Assembly: GCA_030141605.1 (NCBI GenBank)
Contig: JAQGDQ010001042.1
Location: 4,182-68,181, forward strand
DNA: 64,000 nt
Direction of reading: 5' to 3'
DNA from: Tubiluchus corallicola
Lineage: Eukaryota > Animalia > Priapulida
Every line of letters begins with the position of its first letter. Positions within the stretch are counted from its first letter, which is position 1. A program made the translations under genes and the position numbers. This document shows positions 39,071 to 52,670 of this stretch, in pieces. Under the pieces are notes generated by a model. The model made no database searches and was not told the origin of the DNA. It saw only the letters and a program-made list of their open reading frames with translations.

Positions 39071-39672
39071 GAATGAGTCCTCTTCTATAATGGGTTAGAA
39101 TTTGTTATCTGTTTGTAAAATAGAAAGAAAACTTTTTACACAAATGAAAATTTCCTTTCTAAAGTTTTTTGTTGCGCACTAGATGTCAGAAGTAATGCTA
39201 GCGATGAACAAATACGGACTGTAAATTTCATGAAAGAAGTTATACGGGCTCTAGAACGTAATTGTTTTGATTTTTTTTTGACAGGAATGAGTTGTACGCC
39301 ATACTAACATATCTTACTCTCACTTAACTGTACATATTCACATTGTTTACTAATCTTGTTAATTAATGTTATTTTGCTTGTTGATCTGTTTGTTTATTTG
39401 ATGTGATTGTACCATAAAAATGATATATATATATATACATATATAGGGATACAAAAACTGTAGAAACAGTTTGTTTTTAAATACAGTTATTTGTTTGTTT
39501 TGATGTCTGTGGATACCAATATTGTTTTTAGCAGCTTCCTGTAATGTCGATATACCTATACTGAATAAATTTTAGAAAACATCCTCGATGTAATTTGACA
39601 CAAGGAAAAGTTGATTATGACAAGACTATGGATGAACGAATTCATTCCAACAAAGTGCCTAATTTATGATTA

Positions 39673-39855
39673 CAACGATCACTCTGGGTACCACGGTCCT
39701 CTCTCGTATGATTACCAACAACGATCACTCTGGGTACCACGGTCCTCTCTCGTTTGATTACCAACAACGATCACTCTGGGTACCACGGTCCTCTCTCGTT
39801 TGATTACCAACAACGATCACTCTGGGTACCACGGTCCTCTGTCATTTGATTACCA
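39673..39855. repeat. 46-bp tandem repeat x4
   Basis: Unit caacgatcactctgggtaccacggtcctctctcgtttgattaccaa. Confidence 0.9.
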
Positions 39856-40171
39856 TAATTTCCTGTTCTTAAAGACCAACGAGCAGGCCTGTCCTAACAA
39901 CCTTGGGTAAATAACAATGTCGCAAAGACTCATGAAAGGCCAAAAATTTCAATCACGCGTTTCCCAGAACCTTCTCAACCCAGGAAGTGACTGTGCAGTC
40001 TATCATAAACTCACATCGTGATTACAGACTGAGATTTGTGAACCATAAGGGGCATTTGTTAAAGTTTAAGTGGATCATTTGTCAGAATAGGCTGGCGGTC
40101 TGGGAATGTACTAACGAGGGGCTTGTGGGGTGGTTCTGATGGCAGGAAATGCAGGAAGTGGAGGAAGATAT

Positions 40172-40636
40172 TTAACCCTTTCATACCTGTTGTATCCCGT
40201 GGGATACGAGAATATTTTCTGCCTTTAAAATTAATAAAATTTTAAAACTGACATTTATTTGATCTGTTAATAGTTATTTTGATTTAAGCCAATAACAATA
40301 GACTAAAATGGTGATAAAATGGCAAACTAGAAAATCTACATTGCATAAAAAACTGCGCAAGGTACAGTACTTTAGAGACAACTTTGTACAGATCAGCATA
40401 GCATGCATACTAAATGTCTTAAATACTTTAAATAATTATCAGCAGTTGCAAAATGAAGCACATTTCATGCTTCCATTGAATCCCAATGTATCAGGTGGGA
40501 TACAGGCTATATTTAGCACGATGGCACAGGTAGAAAAAATAATTATTATGTGTAAACAAGATGGACATACTGAACAAAAGTGCCAAGCCAAAAAAAATTT
40601 CTTATTAAAAAAATAATTTGGGACTGAAAGGGTTAA
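40172..40636. mobile_element. piggyBac-like MITE
   Basis: TTAA|CCCTTTCA...TGAAAGGG|TTAA. Confidence 0.75.
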
Positions 40637-42084
40637 CTGTAGAGTTGATTTAAACTGATTGGTGTGTCAGTAGCAAAAGAAAGAGACAAGACAGACTATG
40701 CCAGTTTGGAAAAACCAGATTATCTGTTGCTGATCGTCGTCATGGCAACAATGATGAAGATGATACACCCTAGCGGGTTTGATTTCACTGCAGTGCACGT
40801 ATTTCATTTCTGTAATGGAAGCAATTTTGAGCTCACCTGTCAATCATGCTAATCGTTCTTTTGGGGATAATTCATTACAAACCTGTAAATATTTGACTGT
40901 TAACTGGAGAGTTCCTTACACTAACTTTACAGTTTAATGCTACGCACCAGCCAATAGTAGACGGACGAGAGCGGGGAGTTCAATTGCGTTTGTCTGTCTG
41001 TCTGTGTGTCTACCCGCACAATAAAATTATAACAGGTAAACTATAACAGGAAGACAAAACTAGACAGTGGGGATGAACCAGAAAGCTGGGTCAAGGGTCA
41101 AGGACACCACTGAAAATAAAACGAATGAAGCTATAATTGCCCAATTTGGTCCAGATAGGGAAAAGATAACCAGGAAAGTTGGAAGCGCACCGGTTCAAAA
41201 CTCAAAGGAAGAGGTCACAAGAGCAACAAATTTCAAAATAAAATGTTTGTCCACAGTGACTTAATGTCAACGTGTGGGTGCATTTTTATTTTAAACATGT
41301 TTTTTTTCGGTTCAGTGGTGGCTCGTTACTAAAATTAGTGAGTGAGGGGGGTTGCTGCTTTTTAGTCATTGTTTAATACTGTGTAAAACGTAACAAACGT
41401 GTAATTTTAATGTTGTAGTTTTCTTTGAAGATCAGGTGTTGACCAACCTCTTTTCTTAACTGCAACTTTCTCATGGAGAGACAACTGTGAAAAATTAAGC
41501 TGTTCTAGTTCACTTTCAGTCACAGAACTTATTTCTTGGGGATGCAAGACGTTCATAATTTACGTTTTAAGCACACAGGCTAAGTTTACACTTTATCATA
41601 TCCAAGAATATGATGTTACACGGTAAGCACGTGGCAATTGTTACTGTGTAGGAGACAGTACTTTTCTACTTAGCAACAGACGACGTATAGCGTACAGCGT
41701 GTTATCTCAGACATGCGCATGACCGCATGCGCACAACAGCCAAACGCCACGTTGCTTAGGCTGTGAAGCAAACAGTACTACCCTCACGTACTCCGGTTGT
41801 GCACAAGTAAAAAAAGAACTAAAGAAAAAAGACTTATATTGAATATTATCCACAATAATGAGTGAAAACAGGGGGTGCTGCAGTACCCCAGTACCTACAC
41901 GAGCCGCGCCATTGTTTGGTTTGAAGCACACAGTTCATTACAACCGATACATAGATTCTCCCCAAAATACAATACAAAAATAACATGCCAGATTTACATT
42001 TGAAGTTAACATGGATTAGTAGGCCCATAGTTACCATTGAAAATAACAAAACATGACTGCTCAATACATACTAGGTTCATAATA

Positions 42085-42655
42085 CAGCATATACAGCATA
42101 TTTAACATTTAAGTACATACATCGTGTTTGTTTACGTGGTTGTATAACTGTGTTAGTTAATAAAAACTTACACTGCTAAAGGCAAATGTGTCAGTGTAAT
42201 CTAAACTACTGTGCAGTAATGGAAAGTAACGACGAATAAAATCAAACATATTTACAACTATGCACAAAAAAATGAAAAAATTATGATTAAATTAATATGG
42301 CCATGGATATATGAATTCTGAATTAGTGTGTATGTTGTCGTGTTGGTGTGATGGTATTTCATAACTGGTTAATATTAGTGATTTTAATTTTGTTTAAATG
42401 CTGATAGGGACTTGATTTGTTTAACCAGTAATGGTAGAGAATTCCAAAGCAGAATTGCTTGTTTGATTACACAGTTCGTTCCGTGGTGGGTATTTGTCCT
42501 AATTTGTTTTAGATTGCTTGTTCTGGAATTAACGATAGGATTTGGAAAAAAGGTAAATCTGTTATTCTGGAATGGTTTGCTGATGTTGTTAATGTATTTA
42601 AATATAAAAAGCAGAGTAAAATATTCTTTGTGTGCTTCAATGATTGGGAATTTTT
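42085..42655 (-). mobile_element. L2/Crack-like LINE 3' end
   Basis: Reverse complement of about 62750-63250. Confidence 0.78.
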
Positions 42656-42969
42656 AAGTTTTTCTCAGGTTAGTTGTTGACCTTTTCTAGCTTTATTTAT
42701 TTATTTATTTATTTAGTGGGCCATTCTAGTTTAAAGTGCAAAGATTTGCAGAGAAGAAACTTCGGTATTTAATAACGACTGTCTATGTCAACTTTGCCAA
42801 AACCCAAGTGCCCGGATGACCTCTTCGTGGGGCGCTATCCACGGGTTGATGGTGTGAATTCGTGTGGCTTCGCTCGTCGCTGTCAGTTTACATAATTAAC
42901 GTGGAGATCAATGGCTTCGGAAAACCACACATACCACTGACCTGTTTACGCAATCACTGAGTAAACATT

Positions 42970-43507
42970 GAGCAGCCCCTGGGGAAATTAGAGAATCCAG
43001 AGGAGCCCTAACAGAGGGATGGAAAAGAGGGACTCTTCGACTTGGGTTTGGGCAAAGAGAACTCACACAGATACTGAGACGACTAGGCAGCCCCTGGGAA
43101 ATTAGAGAATCCAGAGGAGCCCCAACAGAGGGGCAGAAAAGAGGGACTCATAGGCCTGGGTTTGGGCAAAGAGAACTGATGGAGATACTGAGACGACTAA
43201 GCAGCCCCGGGAAAATAGGAGAATCCAGAGGAGCCTTACAAAGGGGTGGAAAAGGCCAACTCAGATACTGAGACGACTAAGCAGGCCCGGGGCAATTGGA
43301 GAATCCAGAGGAGTCCTAACAGAGGGGCAGAAAAGAGGGACTCTTCGACTTGGGTTTGGGCAAAGAGAACTGATGGAGATACTGAGACGACTAGGTAGCC
43401 CCGGGGATATTGGAGAATCCACAGGAGCCCCAACAGAGGGGCGGAAATGAGGGACTCTTCGACTTGGGTTTGAGCAAAGAGAACTGATGGAGATACTGAG
43501 ACGACTA
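42970..43507. repeat. ~116-bp tandem array, about 5 copies
   Basis: agaatccagaggagcc...gatactgagacgacta repeated. Confidence 0.88.
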
Positions 43508-43889
43508 CATGCTTTTAAGAATTTGTTTAATACCAAGTGATACGGAAATACAGACTGTTTCTATATCAAATTTAAACCCGTCTGGCCTAACGCTTATAAA
43601 ATGACCTCTTTCATACACTCAAACTCTTCACCACTTTGTAGGAAGCAGAACAAATGATTGGCCATCCAAAGAGAAACCCCACGAAAATGTTGAAATGGGG
43701 AGCTCCTTAATGGCTCGATGTGACTTGAGATATTTGTATACATTTTACTTCTGAACTGAAACTGTAAACTTTTTACACTTCTTACTTTTTATTGGAATAC
43801 TTCAATTGTTATTTTATTTAAGAGGAACACGCCACCACGTTCCTGGCAGAAAAAGGGCTTTGCGAATATTCTTCCTTATTAAATATAAT

Positions 43890-44454
43890 GGTTGTTGGTT
43901 GCCATTCCTCTGTCTCGGAAGACAATGGAGTGTGCGAAAAAAAGAGTCAGCTATTGATCACATTGATGGAGCTGCAGCATCGACTGTGGCTGAGCAGTGC
44001 GATACTTGAACGTCTCCAGGGCGCACGTCTGGGCAAGGTGTATGGAGATCCTGAGTTGCCCAGACAACAGGAACCCACTCTCTTCCTCCGTGGTGTAGTC
44101 CAAAGGAAAGCGGAGTGATACGTTTGGCACCAGGTTGGCTGCAGGAGCTGCCGGAGTCAGTGAGCATGCTGCACTGGTCCGCCTTCGGAGCTCCACTCCT
44201 GATTTGGAAGGTTTACTCCTCTACACATGGCCATTGGGTCACTTGACCTCCTCCGCCCTCTAGCCATTGGCTGCTTGTACAGCTCCTCCGCCTAGTGTCG
44301 AGATACAGCGTGGGCATCCCGCAAGCCTACAGCACCAGGTACTCCTAGGCGGTCACCCATCCAAGCACTAACCAGTGCTCTACATTGCTTAACTTCGGTG
44401 AGAACGAGAACCGGTGTTTTCAACGTGATTTGGCCGTAGTATTAAAGGCAAGGG
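43890..44454 (-). mobile_element. 5S rRNA-derived SINE with RTE-derived body and tail, copy 1
   Basis: 5S head at 44323-44440; 11-bp TSD TTAAATATAAT (43879-43889, 44455-44465); (CAA)-type tail. Confidence 0.88.
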
Positions 44455-45132
44455 TTAAATATAATATACAGCTAAAAAGTCTCTAGGTTCCAGTCATCAA
44501 ATTTGTTATAAAACCTTATTAAATGGGTGAATCTCTTAATAAATGCCATAACAGTTGTAAACCTACCCAAAGACACAAAACACCATTTCTTTCTACGCTA
44601 CACATGTCCTCTTACCATGGCTTCCATTTGCGATTAAAATCGCTGAAGCCTCAGTAGTAAATTCTTTGGAGCATAAATATATGTACGACAGTATTTATTA
44701 GTCTTCCAACGTAAGAAACATCTCCCAGTCTCTCGTTACCAAGGCATTCGGTGAGAATGGAGTGATACCCAGCAGCAGCAGCAGTGGTTGCTATGCATTC
44801 CATTCAGTAAAATGAAACCACTAACATTGCCAAACTTTCTACAGTAAGTTTCAAAGATTTTGAAGACAAGCAGTACTGACTTGGCTTCCGAAAAACTACT
44901 GACACAGCAAACTGCAAAGCAAAATGCCAGGCGTCTTGCAGATAAATGCTGCACTGGACTGAAATGTGAATTTCTAGGGACGGGCAAATGGCAATGGAAC
45001 AGCAAAGTGATCATGACGTGTGCTTGTTATGATAAAACAGCACTGTGCCTGTTTGGCAAATGGAATGGTAGCTGCTAGAAGAGCTGCTTTCTGGGATTTT
45101 CCATCTGTCATATTTGTGTTCTATATGAGTCG

Positions 45133-45492
45133 GTGAGACTTGAAGGGAAAGTCCACAAAGAAGTGGTCAGACCCGCTCTAATCTATGGGCTGGAAGCAGC
45201 TTCTCTAAAGAAGACCGAAGAGAAGAAAATGGGTGGGGTGGAGATGAGGATGTTGAGCTGGATGGTGGGAATAACAAGAAGAGATAAAATTAGAAATAAT
45301 AGTATCAGAGGAACGGTAAAAGTAGTGGAAGCCTCGCAAGATTGCGATGGTATGGACACCTGAAAAGAAGAGTCGGTGAAGATCATGTGGGAAGGGAAGA
45401 CATAAATGAAGAGATGGTCAACAACAGGAATGCGTGGAGAACACTCATTCACAACGGCGACCCCGAATAGAGGAAAGCTGGGAAGAAGAAGA
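45133..45492 (+). mobile_element. RTE LINE 3' fragment
   Basis: VVRPALIYGLEA..EMRMLSWMVGITRRDKIRN..IRG; (GAA)n tail; related fragment at about 61110-61315. Confidence 0.8.
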
Positions 45493-45886
45493 TATTTGTG
45501 TTCTACATTCAAAGATCTCACCTGAGAGAATTATCCTTTGTAAAATGAGTTAGATTCAACCGTCACAACCCCTCAACATAGTCACGTGTCTTGGTACTGA
45601 GTAATGGATGTTAATTTGTTATGTGGTGAAAAGGATTAAAAAATAATAATAATAATAAAAAAGATCCACAATGTGAGGAAGAAAATACCAAGTCCTTAAA
45701 AAGTCACTCACTGCCAGCTAGGCTGTATTTTATGTTGATGAAATCTCATATTTAGATATAAAGACTTCTGACTTGCTTCTACTGTACTAAAAACCCATTG
45801 CTAGTACAGAATTCTGTAAAGAAGCAGCAATGTAGAAAACTAGAAAAGCACCGCAACTCAGCTCACAAAAAAGCCAAAACTTATTC

Positions 45887-46443
45887 TTAAAGAAAAACCG
45901 GACGATTGTGTAAACACGAGATCAGAATAAAGAATGCACTAAAATATTGAAACCTACAATAGCTTTCTTTAAATCAAAACTTAGATTAAATGATAATTAC
46001 CTTGGATACTCAAATTTTGTTAAACTTTCAAAGCTGCGCGCGGCTCAGTGAATCTACTAAGATTGGCAACGGCGCCTTTTTGTCACATTCGCGTGGCCGA
46101 CAAATAGAAGGCGTAATAACCATGATCATGAACTGCAGTGTTAGTTTTTGATGTCATATGATGTACAGCCTCTTTTTCTTGACATCATGCATTTAAACAG
46201 TACCGTAACACTTATGCAAATGTGCTTGATGCGCTGCCAGACGTTAAGACGCCTGCCATTGCACAAATTGTGGTTAGTTTCTGACGTAAGCAATAGCTGT
46301 GTTCGCTTGCTGTTAATTAACTTTCTTAGCTAATTATTCAAATATAAGAAACAAATGTTAACATTTATAGGCAAGAAAATGTATATTTTGGATACTTAAT
46401 TAAAATGAGATTGAGTCTAAAAAGTCGTCCAGTTTTCTTTTAA
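45887..46443 (-). mobile_element. Kolobok-like MITE family E, inverted
   Basis: TTAA-flanked reverse complement of 23114-23671. Confidence 0.78.
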
Positions 46444-46741
46444 AGTTACTATAGTTGCCAAATCATCTATTTGACAAATCCATTCGTTCACACCAGACCC
46501 AACAAGGACCAGTTAGATGTACCTTTATTTACAGTCTGAAGAACAAGACCAGTAGCAACACAGGTGAAGAGTACAAGGTTCATTATATTGGCTATTGAAA
46601 CAGGAAGCCATCTTCAGAGAAAAAAGTTTCTTACTAACCAACGCTTGTGTTTACTTTCTAAAGAAACATCTATTGAAGACGATCAGTAGTATTTCTTAAA
46701 TGAATTGTGAAAAATATAGTAAAATGGACAGAAAAAACCCT

Positions 46742-47172
46742 TCACTGATATTTCAAGCGTATGTCCTGACTTTACAACTGTGAGCAATGATCACTGATAT
46801 TTCAAGCGTATGTCCTGACTTTACAACTGTGAGCAATGATCACTGATATTTCAAGCGTATGTCCTGACTTTACAACTGTGAGCAATGATCACTGATATTT
46901 CAAGTATGTCCTGACTTTACAACTGTGAGCAATGATCAGAAATATTTCAAGCGTATGTCCTGACTTTACAACTGTGAGCAATGATCACTGATATTTCAAG
47001 TATGTCCTGACTTTACAACTGTGAGCAATGATCACTGATATTTCAAGCGCATGTCCTGACTTTACAACTGTGAGCAATGATCACTGATATTTCAAGCGCA
47101 TGTCCTGACTTTACAACTGTGAGCAATGATCACTGATATTTCAAGCGTATGTCCTGACTTTACAACTGTGAG
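46742..47172. repeat. 49-bp tandem array, about 9 copies
   Basis: Unit tcactgatatttcaagcgtatgtcctgactttacaactgtgagcaatga. Confidence 0.93.
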
Positions 47173-47760
47173 TATACATCACAAATATTTGTTTTTGGCA
47201 GGAAGCAACGACAAAGAAATAATAATTGTTTGTAGGAAAGTAAAGTATGAAGCTGTGTTTATGGCATACAACAAGATTTGAAGTTATTTCTGTTTCGTAA
47301 TGTGATATGTACCATGTTGTACTTAGATAATTTTTTTTTTGATATTTTGTATGTAATGTACGTGTGTTCTTCTAAGCATGTTTTCACCCAATAAACTAAA
47401 AATTATTATCAAAGTTAGCTGATAATAATAATTCAACTTCAATTCATTTTCTTTTCAATGTTTCTGCCTTTAGATGGGCGCCACTCAGTTACGGCTGCTG
47501 TAATTTTATCTGTCATAACGTCAGAGAAAGATAGATGGAGGGTGAAAAAGTACGCTCGAACGACTACAGGCGCGACACGCCAATTTAGAGAAAATCACAT
47601 CCGATTACCCCACAACCGCCATCCATTCAGGAAGCTGGGGAAGCTGGGGCCGTGAAGCCAACCTTGTCACCTGATTGGCTTCAACATGCTTTTACAGAAA
47701 AGATCACCACTTACTACGAAATTCGGTTTTTCTCTGACATAAAGCGTAAACGTTCGATTA

Positions 47761-48012
47761 GATGGTATAGTTTGTGGTAACGCATCTGCTTTCTGTCTGC
47801 GAGGTCGTGAGTTCGCTTCCGCAGCCGGATCATACAAAAGACTTGAAAAATACTGTTGCCCTGCTTGGTGCGTGGTATTTAGGGTAAAAGAGGGGTAATA
47901 ATAGTCTCTGTTATGCATTTGTAGTTTGTTAGTTACAATCGTAGATGAAAGTCTCACAGCCCGCTGGTGCTGTCTGTTGAATTAGATCCGACTTTGAATA
48001 AAGGTTACTATT
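47761..48012 (+). mobile_element. tRNA-derived SINE (core GGTCATACCAAAGAC..AAAAAT, probably MetaSINE-type)
   Basis: A-box- and B-box-like head (tagtttgtggtaa, gagttcgc), core shared with the 59389 copy, followed by (TCATA)n. Confidence 0.65.
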
Positions 48013-48339
48013 ATATCATATCATGATATATCATGTCATGTCATGTCATGTCATGTCATGTCATATCAAATCATGCCCTATCATATCAAGTCATATCATG
48101 TCAAGTCATATCATGTCATATCATATCATGCCATATCATATCATGCTATATCATATCAAGTCATATCATATCAAGTCATATCACATCATATCATATCATA
48201 TCTTATCATACCAAGTCACATCACATCACACCCACACCACACCACACCACACCACATCATATCATATTATTACTATTGTTACATAATATTATTAATTGAA
48301 ATCTGCAAAAAACTCGAAGTAAATTAAATGCAAAAAACT

Positions 48340-48825
48340 TGTGTCTGCTTACTTCATTCATCCTTTGCGATTGCGATACTCGACTCTCTCCACCTATCAG
48401 AGGCGGGCACCTTTATAGGGTACAAAGTCTATTCTTCTATAACGCTGATCTTTTAGTTGTCTTTTCCAAGTTTAATGTCTTTATCCTGTATTCCATGCAT
48501 TCGTTCACTAGATTTCTAATTTCTAGCAATCCTTTCTTTTCACTGTTTATTAATACATCTGAGTTCAAAATTTTTTTCCATTCTCCATATCTGTCACATC
48601 TAAGCATATGTTCAGTAGCATCATCATCTTCCCCGCACACTGGGCATAATAACTGATCCTTAAACTCATTCTTGTAGTTTCCTTTAACTTTAATCATATT
48701 CAGTCTTATTTTCAATATATCTTTAACCTCTTCTGGCTTGCATGTGTCTATGTAATTTTTTCGTTTCCACTCGGTATGCCTTAAAAATCTTAATTTAGTG
48801 CTGCTCCTGCATTTATCTGCACATT
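48340..48825 (-). mobile_element. Non-LTR retrotransposon 3' fragment
   Basis: RLNMIKVKGNY..CPVC..DATEHMLRC zinc motif. Confidence 0.6.
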
Positions 48826-48829
48826 AATT

Positions 48830-49535
48830 CTTTATACAACATTCAATCTTACCCATATCTAATATATGGCATCATGTCTTGGGGTGGTGTATATAAAAGT
48901 AATCTGGAAGCTTTACAAATTACCCAGAACAAAATTCTCAAACTGATATACCATGTAAGGTATGACCATCCCACAAATATAATTTACTTGTCTGTTAAAA
49001 CTCTTAAAGTGAAAGAAATATATGACATATATTGTCTTCATTTCATGTATCACTATCATAATTCACTACTTCCACCAGCTTTTCAGTCATACTTTAGTCC
49101 AGTTTCAAATCAACATGATCATTACACAAGATATTCAGTCGAAAACTATGTACTCCCTCTCCCAAAAACAAATATAATGAAACAGTCGTCAAAATATAAT
49201 GCTATTAAAATATGGTCATCAATTCCGCGTGAAATGAAAACTCTTAATCTTTATCAATTTAAAAAAGCATCAAAAAATTACCAACTACAACGGTATAATT
49301 AACTCACAATTTTACTCATCCTGATCTTAAGTTACTAACAAAACTTATTTTGTTCTAATGTACGTTATAACTGATGAAAATGTAATGTTAATTGTCAATT
49401 GTTTCACTTATCTGGAGGAGGACTCGAAAGCTCAATGCTCCTTCCCCCGTTCCTCACAGTAACTCGCATAGTTTATTTTTTTTCAATGTAATAACAATTT
49501 ATATGTATGTTTGAGTTGCTGTGGAATAAATTCAT
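48830..49535 (+). mobile_element. L2/Crack-like LINE 3' fragment
   Basis: WGG..LQITQNKILKLI..H.HYTR..KYNAIKIWSSIP..FKK; 3' UTR with AATAAA. Confidence 0.75.
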
Positions 49536-49914
49536 AATTCTTTATTTCTTTCTTCCATTCATCCTTGAGGAGCAAAACGGCGGGGGGGGGGTCAGCGTAA
49601 CTCTAGAAGCTGAGTAAAAAGAGAAGCTCTGTTTGGGAAATTTATAGCTCCATGATTATCTCCTCCAGCTAGTTAAAACAAAGAAACAATTACCGACGAG
49701 TATATGTCATCCGATATTGCTAGTAACGCCTGCATGCTTGTCAGAGAACAACAATTACACGTGACAGGAAAATTGACGTCACAGACAAAATGGCGCCCTC
49801 TAGTTACGCGACTCGCTTTGTCTCGGCAGAAACCAATAATGATGATGCGTAAACATTATGTAACCAGAATAAGCTAATGATTCTGAACAGAATCTTTGCA
49901 AATAAGCTGAAAGA

Positions 49915-50280
49915 TGATTTTCGGAATACTGGAATTAACAAACTGATTTTGGGAATGCTGGAATGGCAGTCCTGAATGGCCAAACTGATTTTGGGAATTC
50001 TGGAATTGCAGTCCTGAATGGCCAAACTGATTTTGGGAATACTGGAATGGTAGCCCTGAATGGACAAACTGATTTTGGGAATACTGGAATGGCAGTTCTG
50101 AATGGACAAACTGATTTTGGGAATACTGGAATTGCAGTTCTGAATGGACAAACTGATTTTGGGAATACTGGAATGGTAGTCCTGAATGGCCAAACTGATT
50201 TTGGGAATACTGGAATGGTAGTCCTGAATGGCCAAACTGATTTTGGGAATACTGGAACTGCAGTCCTGAATGGACAAACT
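49915..50280. repeat. 42-bp tandem array, about 8 copies
   Basis: Unit caaactgattttgggaatactggaatggcagtcctgaatggc. Confidence 0.92.
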
Positions 50281-51237
50281 TTGACTGCTATGATGGCTCC
50301 AACACCATAAACTCAACACAAGCAATTTAGTGACATGTGTGTAAAGCAACCCTTTCTGCGGCATCAGTTCATTAACTTCAGTTGCTTTACATGGAATTTA
50401 CTTAATTATGCATTAGTCTGTGCATAGAGTGATTTACTAGCAGGATCTTGCTTGGCAACAAGAGAAAATGAACTAGGTAAAGTTCTAGCTAGTTGTTAAA
50501 ATGGTTACTATTAGAATAGTTTGAGCTGCGAGGCGTTCTCAAGTGTACACACTATACACACTGTAGCCTGACCTTTTACACATTTGATCTTTGACCTTTT
50601 CACGATCAACATCAATCGGTGGAACTGTGAAAAGGCTTACTGCAACGCTATAGCTTAATGTCAAATGCAATTCGAGATGATTGTCTAAGACGCCAGGCAA
50701 GCGCGTTCTCAAGTGTACACACTATACACACTGTAGTCTGACCTTTTACACATTTGACCTTTGACCTTTTCACGATCATCATCAATCAGTGGAACTGTGA
50801 AAAGGCTTACTGCAGCGCTATGGCTTAATGTCAAATGCAATTTGAAATGATTGTCTAAGACGCCAGGCAAGCGCGTTCTCAACGTCATTTGCAGCAGCAG
50901 AATCAGAAAATACAAAACTGTTTTTCCACATTTCAAGAAAACGACCAAAATTATCGTGCAGAAGTGGCAGAACCGTAAAATGTCAAAACAAAACCTATTT
51001 AAAACACATTTTCATTAATTCGTCAACGAATTTGTCGCCAAGAAAGCGGAAACTTTGCCAAAATTGTCGCCAATATTTTCTTAAAACCTCCCAGCTTCCT
51101 GCACGCCGGAGACATTACACTTTATCTTGCTTGAAAAGATAAATTGGTTTGAGATGAAAACAATCAATTTCGCTGGCTTTAAACGACAATAAAGAATCGA
51201 CATAGTGATCTGCCAGCATAATGACAGATCTAAATTG

Positions 51238-51590
51238 CTTCTTCTTCTTCTTCTTCTTCTTCTTCTTCAATGAATCACTCGTCCAGGGACATGGTTCTGC
51301 TCACCTCTCTATGCCAGATCATCATCATCATCATCATCATCCAATGAATCACACGTCCAGGGACATGGTTCTGCTCACCTCTCTATGCCAGATCATCACC
51401 ATCACCATCATCATCATCATCATCCAATGAATCACTCGTCCAGGGACATGGTTCTGCTCACCTCTCTATGCCAGATCATCATCATCATCACCATCGTCAT
51501 CATCATTATCATCATCATCATCATCATCATCAACATCATCCAATGAATCATACGTCCAGTGACATGGTTCTGCTCACCTCTCTATGCCAG

Positions 51591-51624
<34 letters not shown>

Positions 51625-51757
51625 CCATCACCATCACCATCACCATCACCATCACCATCACCATCACCACCACCACCACCACCACCACCACCATCATCAT
51701 CATCATCCAATGAATCATACGTCCAGGGACATGATTCTGCTCTCCTCTCTATGCCAG
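51238..51757. repeat. Compound array: ~52-bp constant unit x5 separated by variable (CAT/CAC)n
   Basis: Unit caatgaatcactcgtccagggacatggttctgctcacctctctatgccagat. Confidence 0.9.
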
Positions 51758-51839
51758 GACCCCTGCTCACCGCAATGCCCCAGGTGCATTTATTTCTGAG
51801 GATCAATGCTGAAGTGTTTAAATCTTTCTGTGCAAAATC

Positions 51840-52020
51840 TAAGTATGTCCTCCTGCAGGTTTTTTAGCTGGTTCTATGGCTTGTTGAAGAGCTATCTTCA
51901 CAGGAATATCATCAGGTAGTCTAAGCATATGCCCAATCCATCTTAAACGCCGTCTTTTTATTTTTCTTGTCCAAGGTTCTTTTATTTCTTCATATAGATC
52001 TTTGTTTGAAATTTTCTAAA
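51840..52020 (-). mobile_element. RTE-group LINE fragment
   Basis: KISNKDLYEEIKEPWTRKIKRRRLRWIGHMLRLPDDIP. Confidence 0.65.
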
Positions 52021-52257
52021 TTGCTGCACTGCTAGTGAAATTTAGCAATAGAGGGAATCTTCGTGAAACAAAAGCGCAATTACCTAATCTACAGACAATA
52101 GAAGCTTGTTCAAACACATCTTGGGAGGGCTAAAATGTGATTTCCTAAACTGGTAGCTAACCATTGCAAGCGCTATAAATTTGTGGCAGAAAGATGCGAA
52201 TGATCACAACAGCAGCAATAATGCTTTTCAAGGTTCCAACGATTGATGATGATCGTG

Positions 52258-52670
52258 AAAAGGTCAAAGGTTAAGTGTACCAGACAACGCACTTATGTAC
52301 ACTTGACAATGCCTCGCAACCCATGTTCTTCTAAGAGTAACAGTTTTAGCAGCTAGCTAGAACCTTACATAGATGCTGCTAGGAAATCACTGTATGCACA
52401 GACTAGTGAATTACGTCCACGTAAAACGACCGATGTTTCTGATCTGATGCGGCAGACAGCTTTGCTTTTACCCACATGTTAAGTGACGACTGTAGTTAAG
52501 ACGCGTTGCTGTGGTATACTTAACCTATGTCCACGTAAAACAACTGACGCGTCTGATCTGATGCGGCAGACGGCTTTGCTTTTACACACACGTTACGCGA
52601 CGATTGTAGTTAAGACGCGTTGCTGTGGTATACTTAACGTATGACCTGCAGCAACTGCGCATGCGCAGAA
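52258..52670 (-). repeat. Unclassified dispersed repeat (also about 37405-37720 and 50325-50880)
   Basis: Shared gtgtacac/acttaacctttgacct/ctagcaggat blocks in opposite orientations. Confidence 0.55.

Noticed and set aside
44323-44440. Functional 5S rRNA gene (also 62248-62367)
   Set aside because: No oligo-T terminator, embedded in a longer TSD-flanked element, not tandemly arrayed; copy 1 has a deletion and substitutions.
47761-47830. tRNA gene (also 59470-59540)
   Set aside because: No intact acceptor stem; it continues into a shared SINE body.
49804-50364. QTDFGNTGMAVLNG repeat protein
   Set aside because: A 42-bp unit is open on both strands by construction; no flanking domain or splice context.
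51468-51867. Poly-His, poly-Ser and poly-Asp ORFs
   Set aside because: Triplet microsatellite translations.
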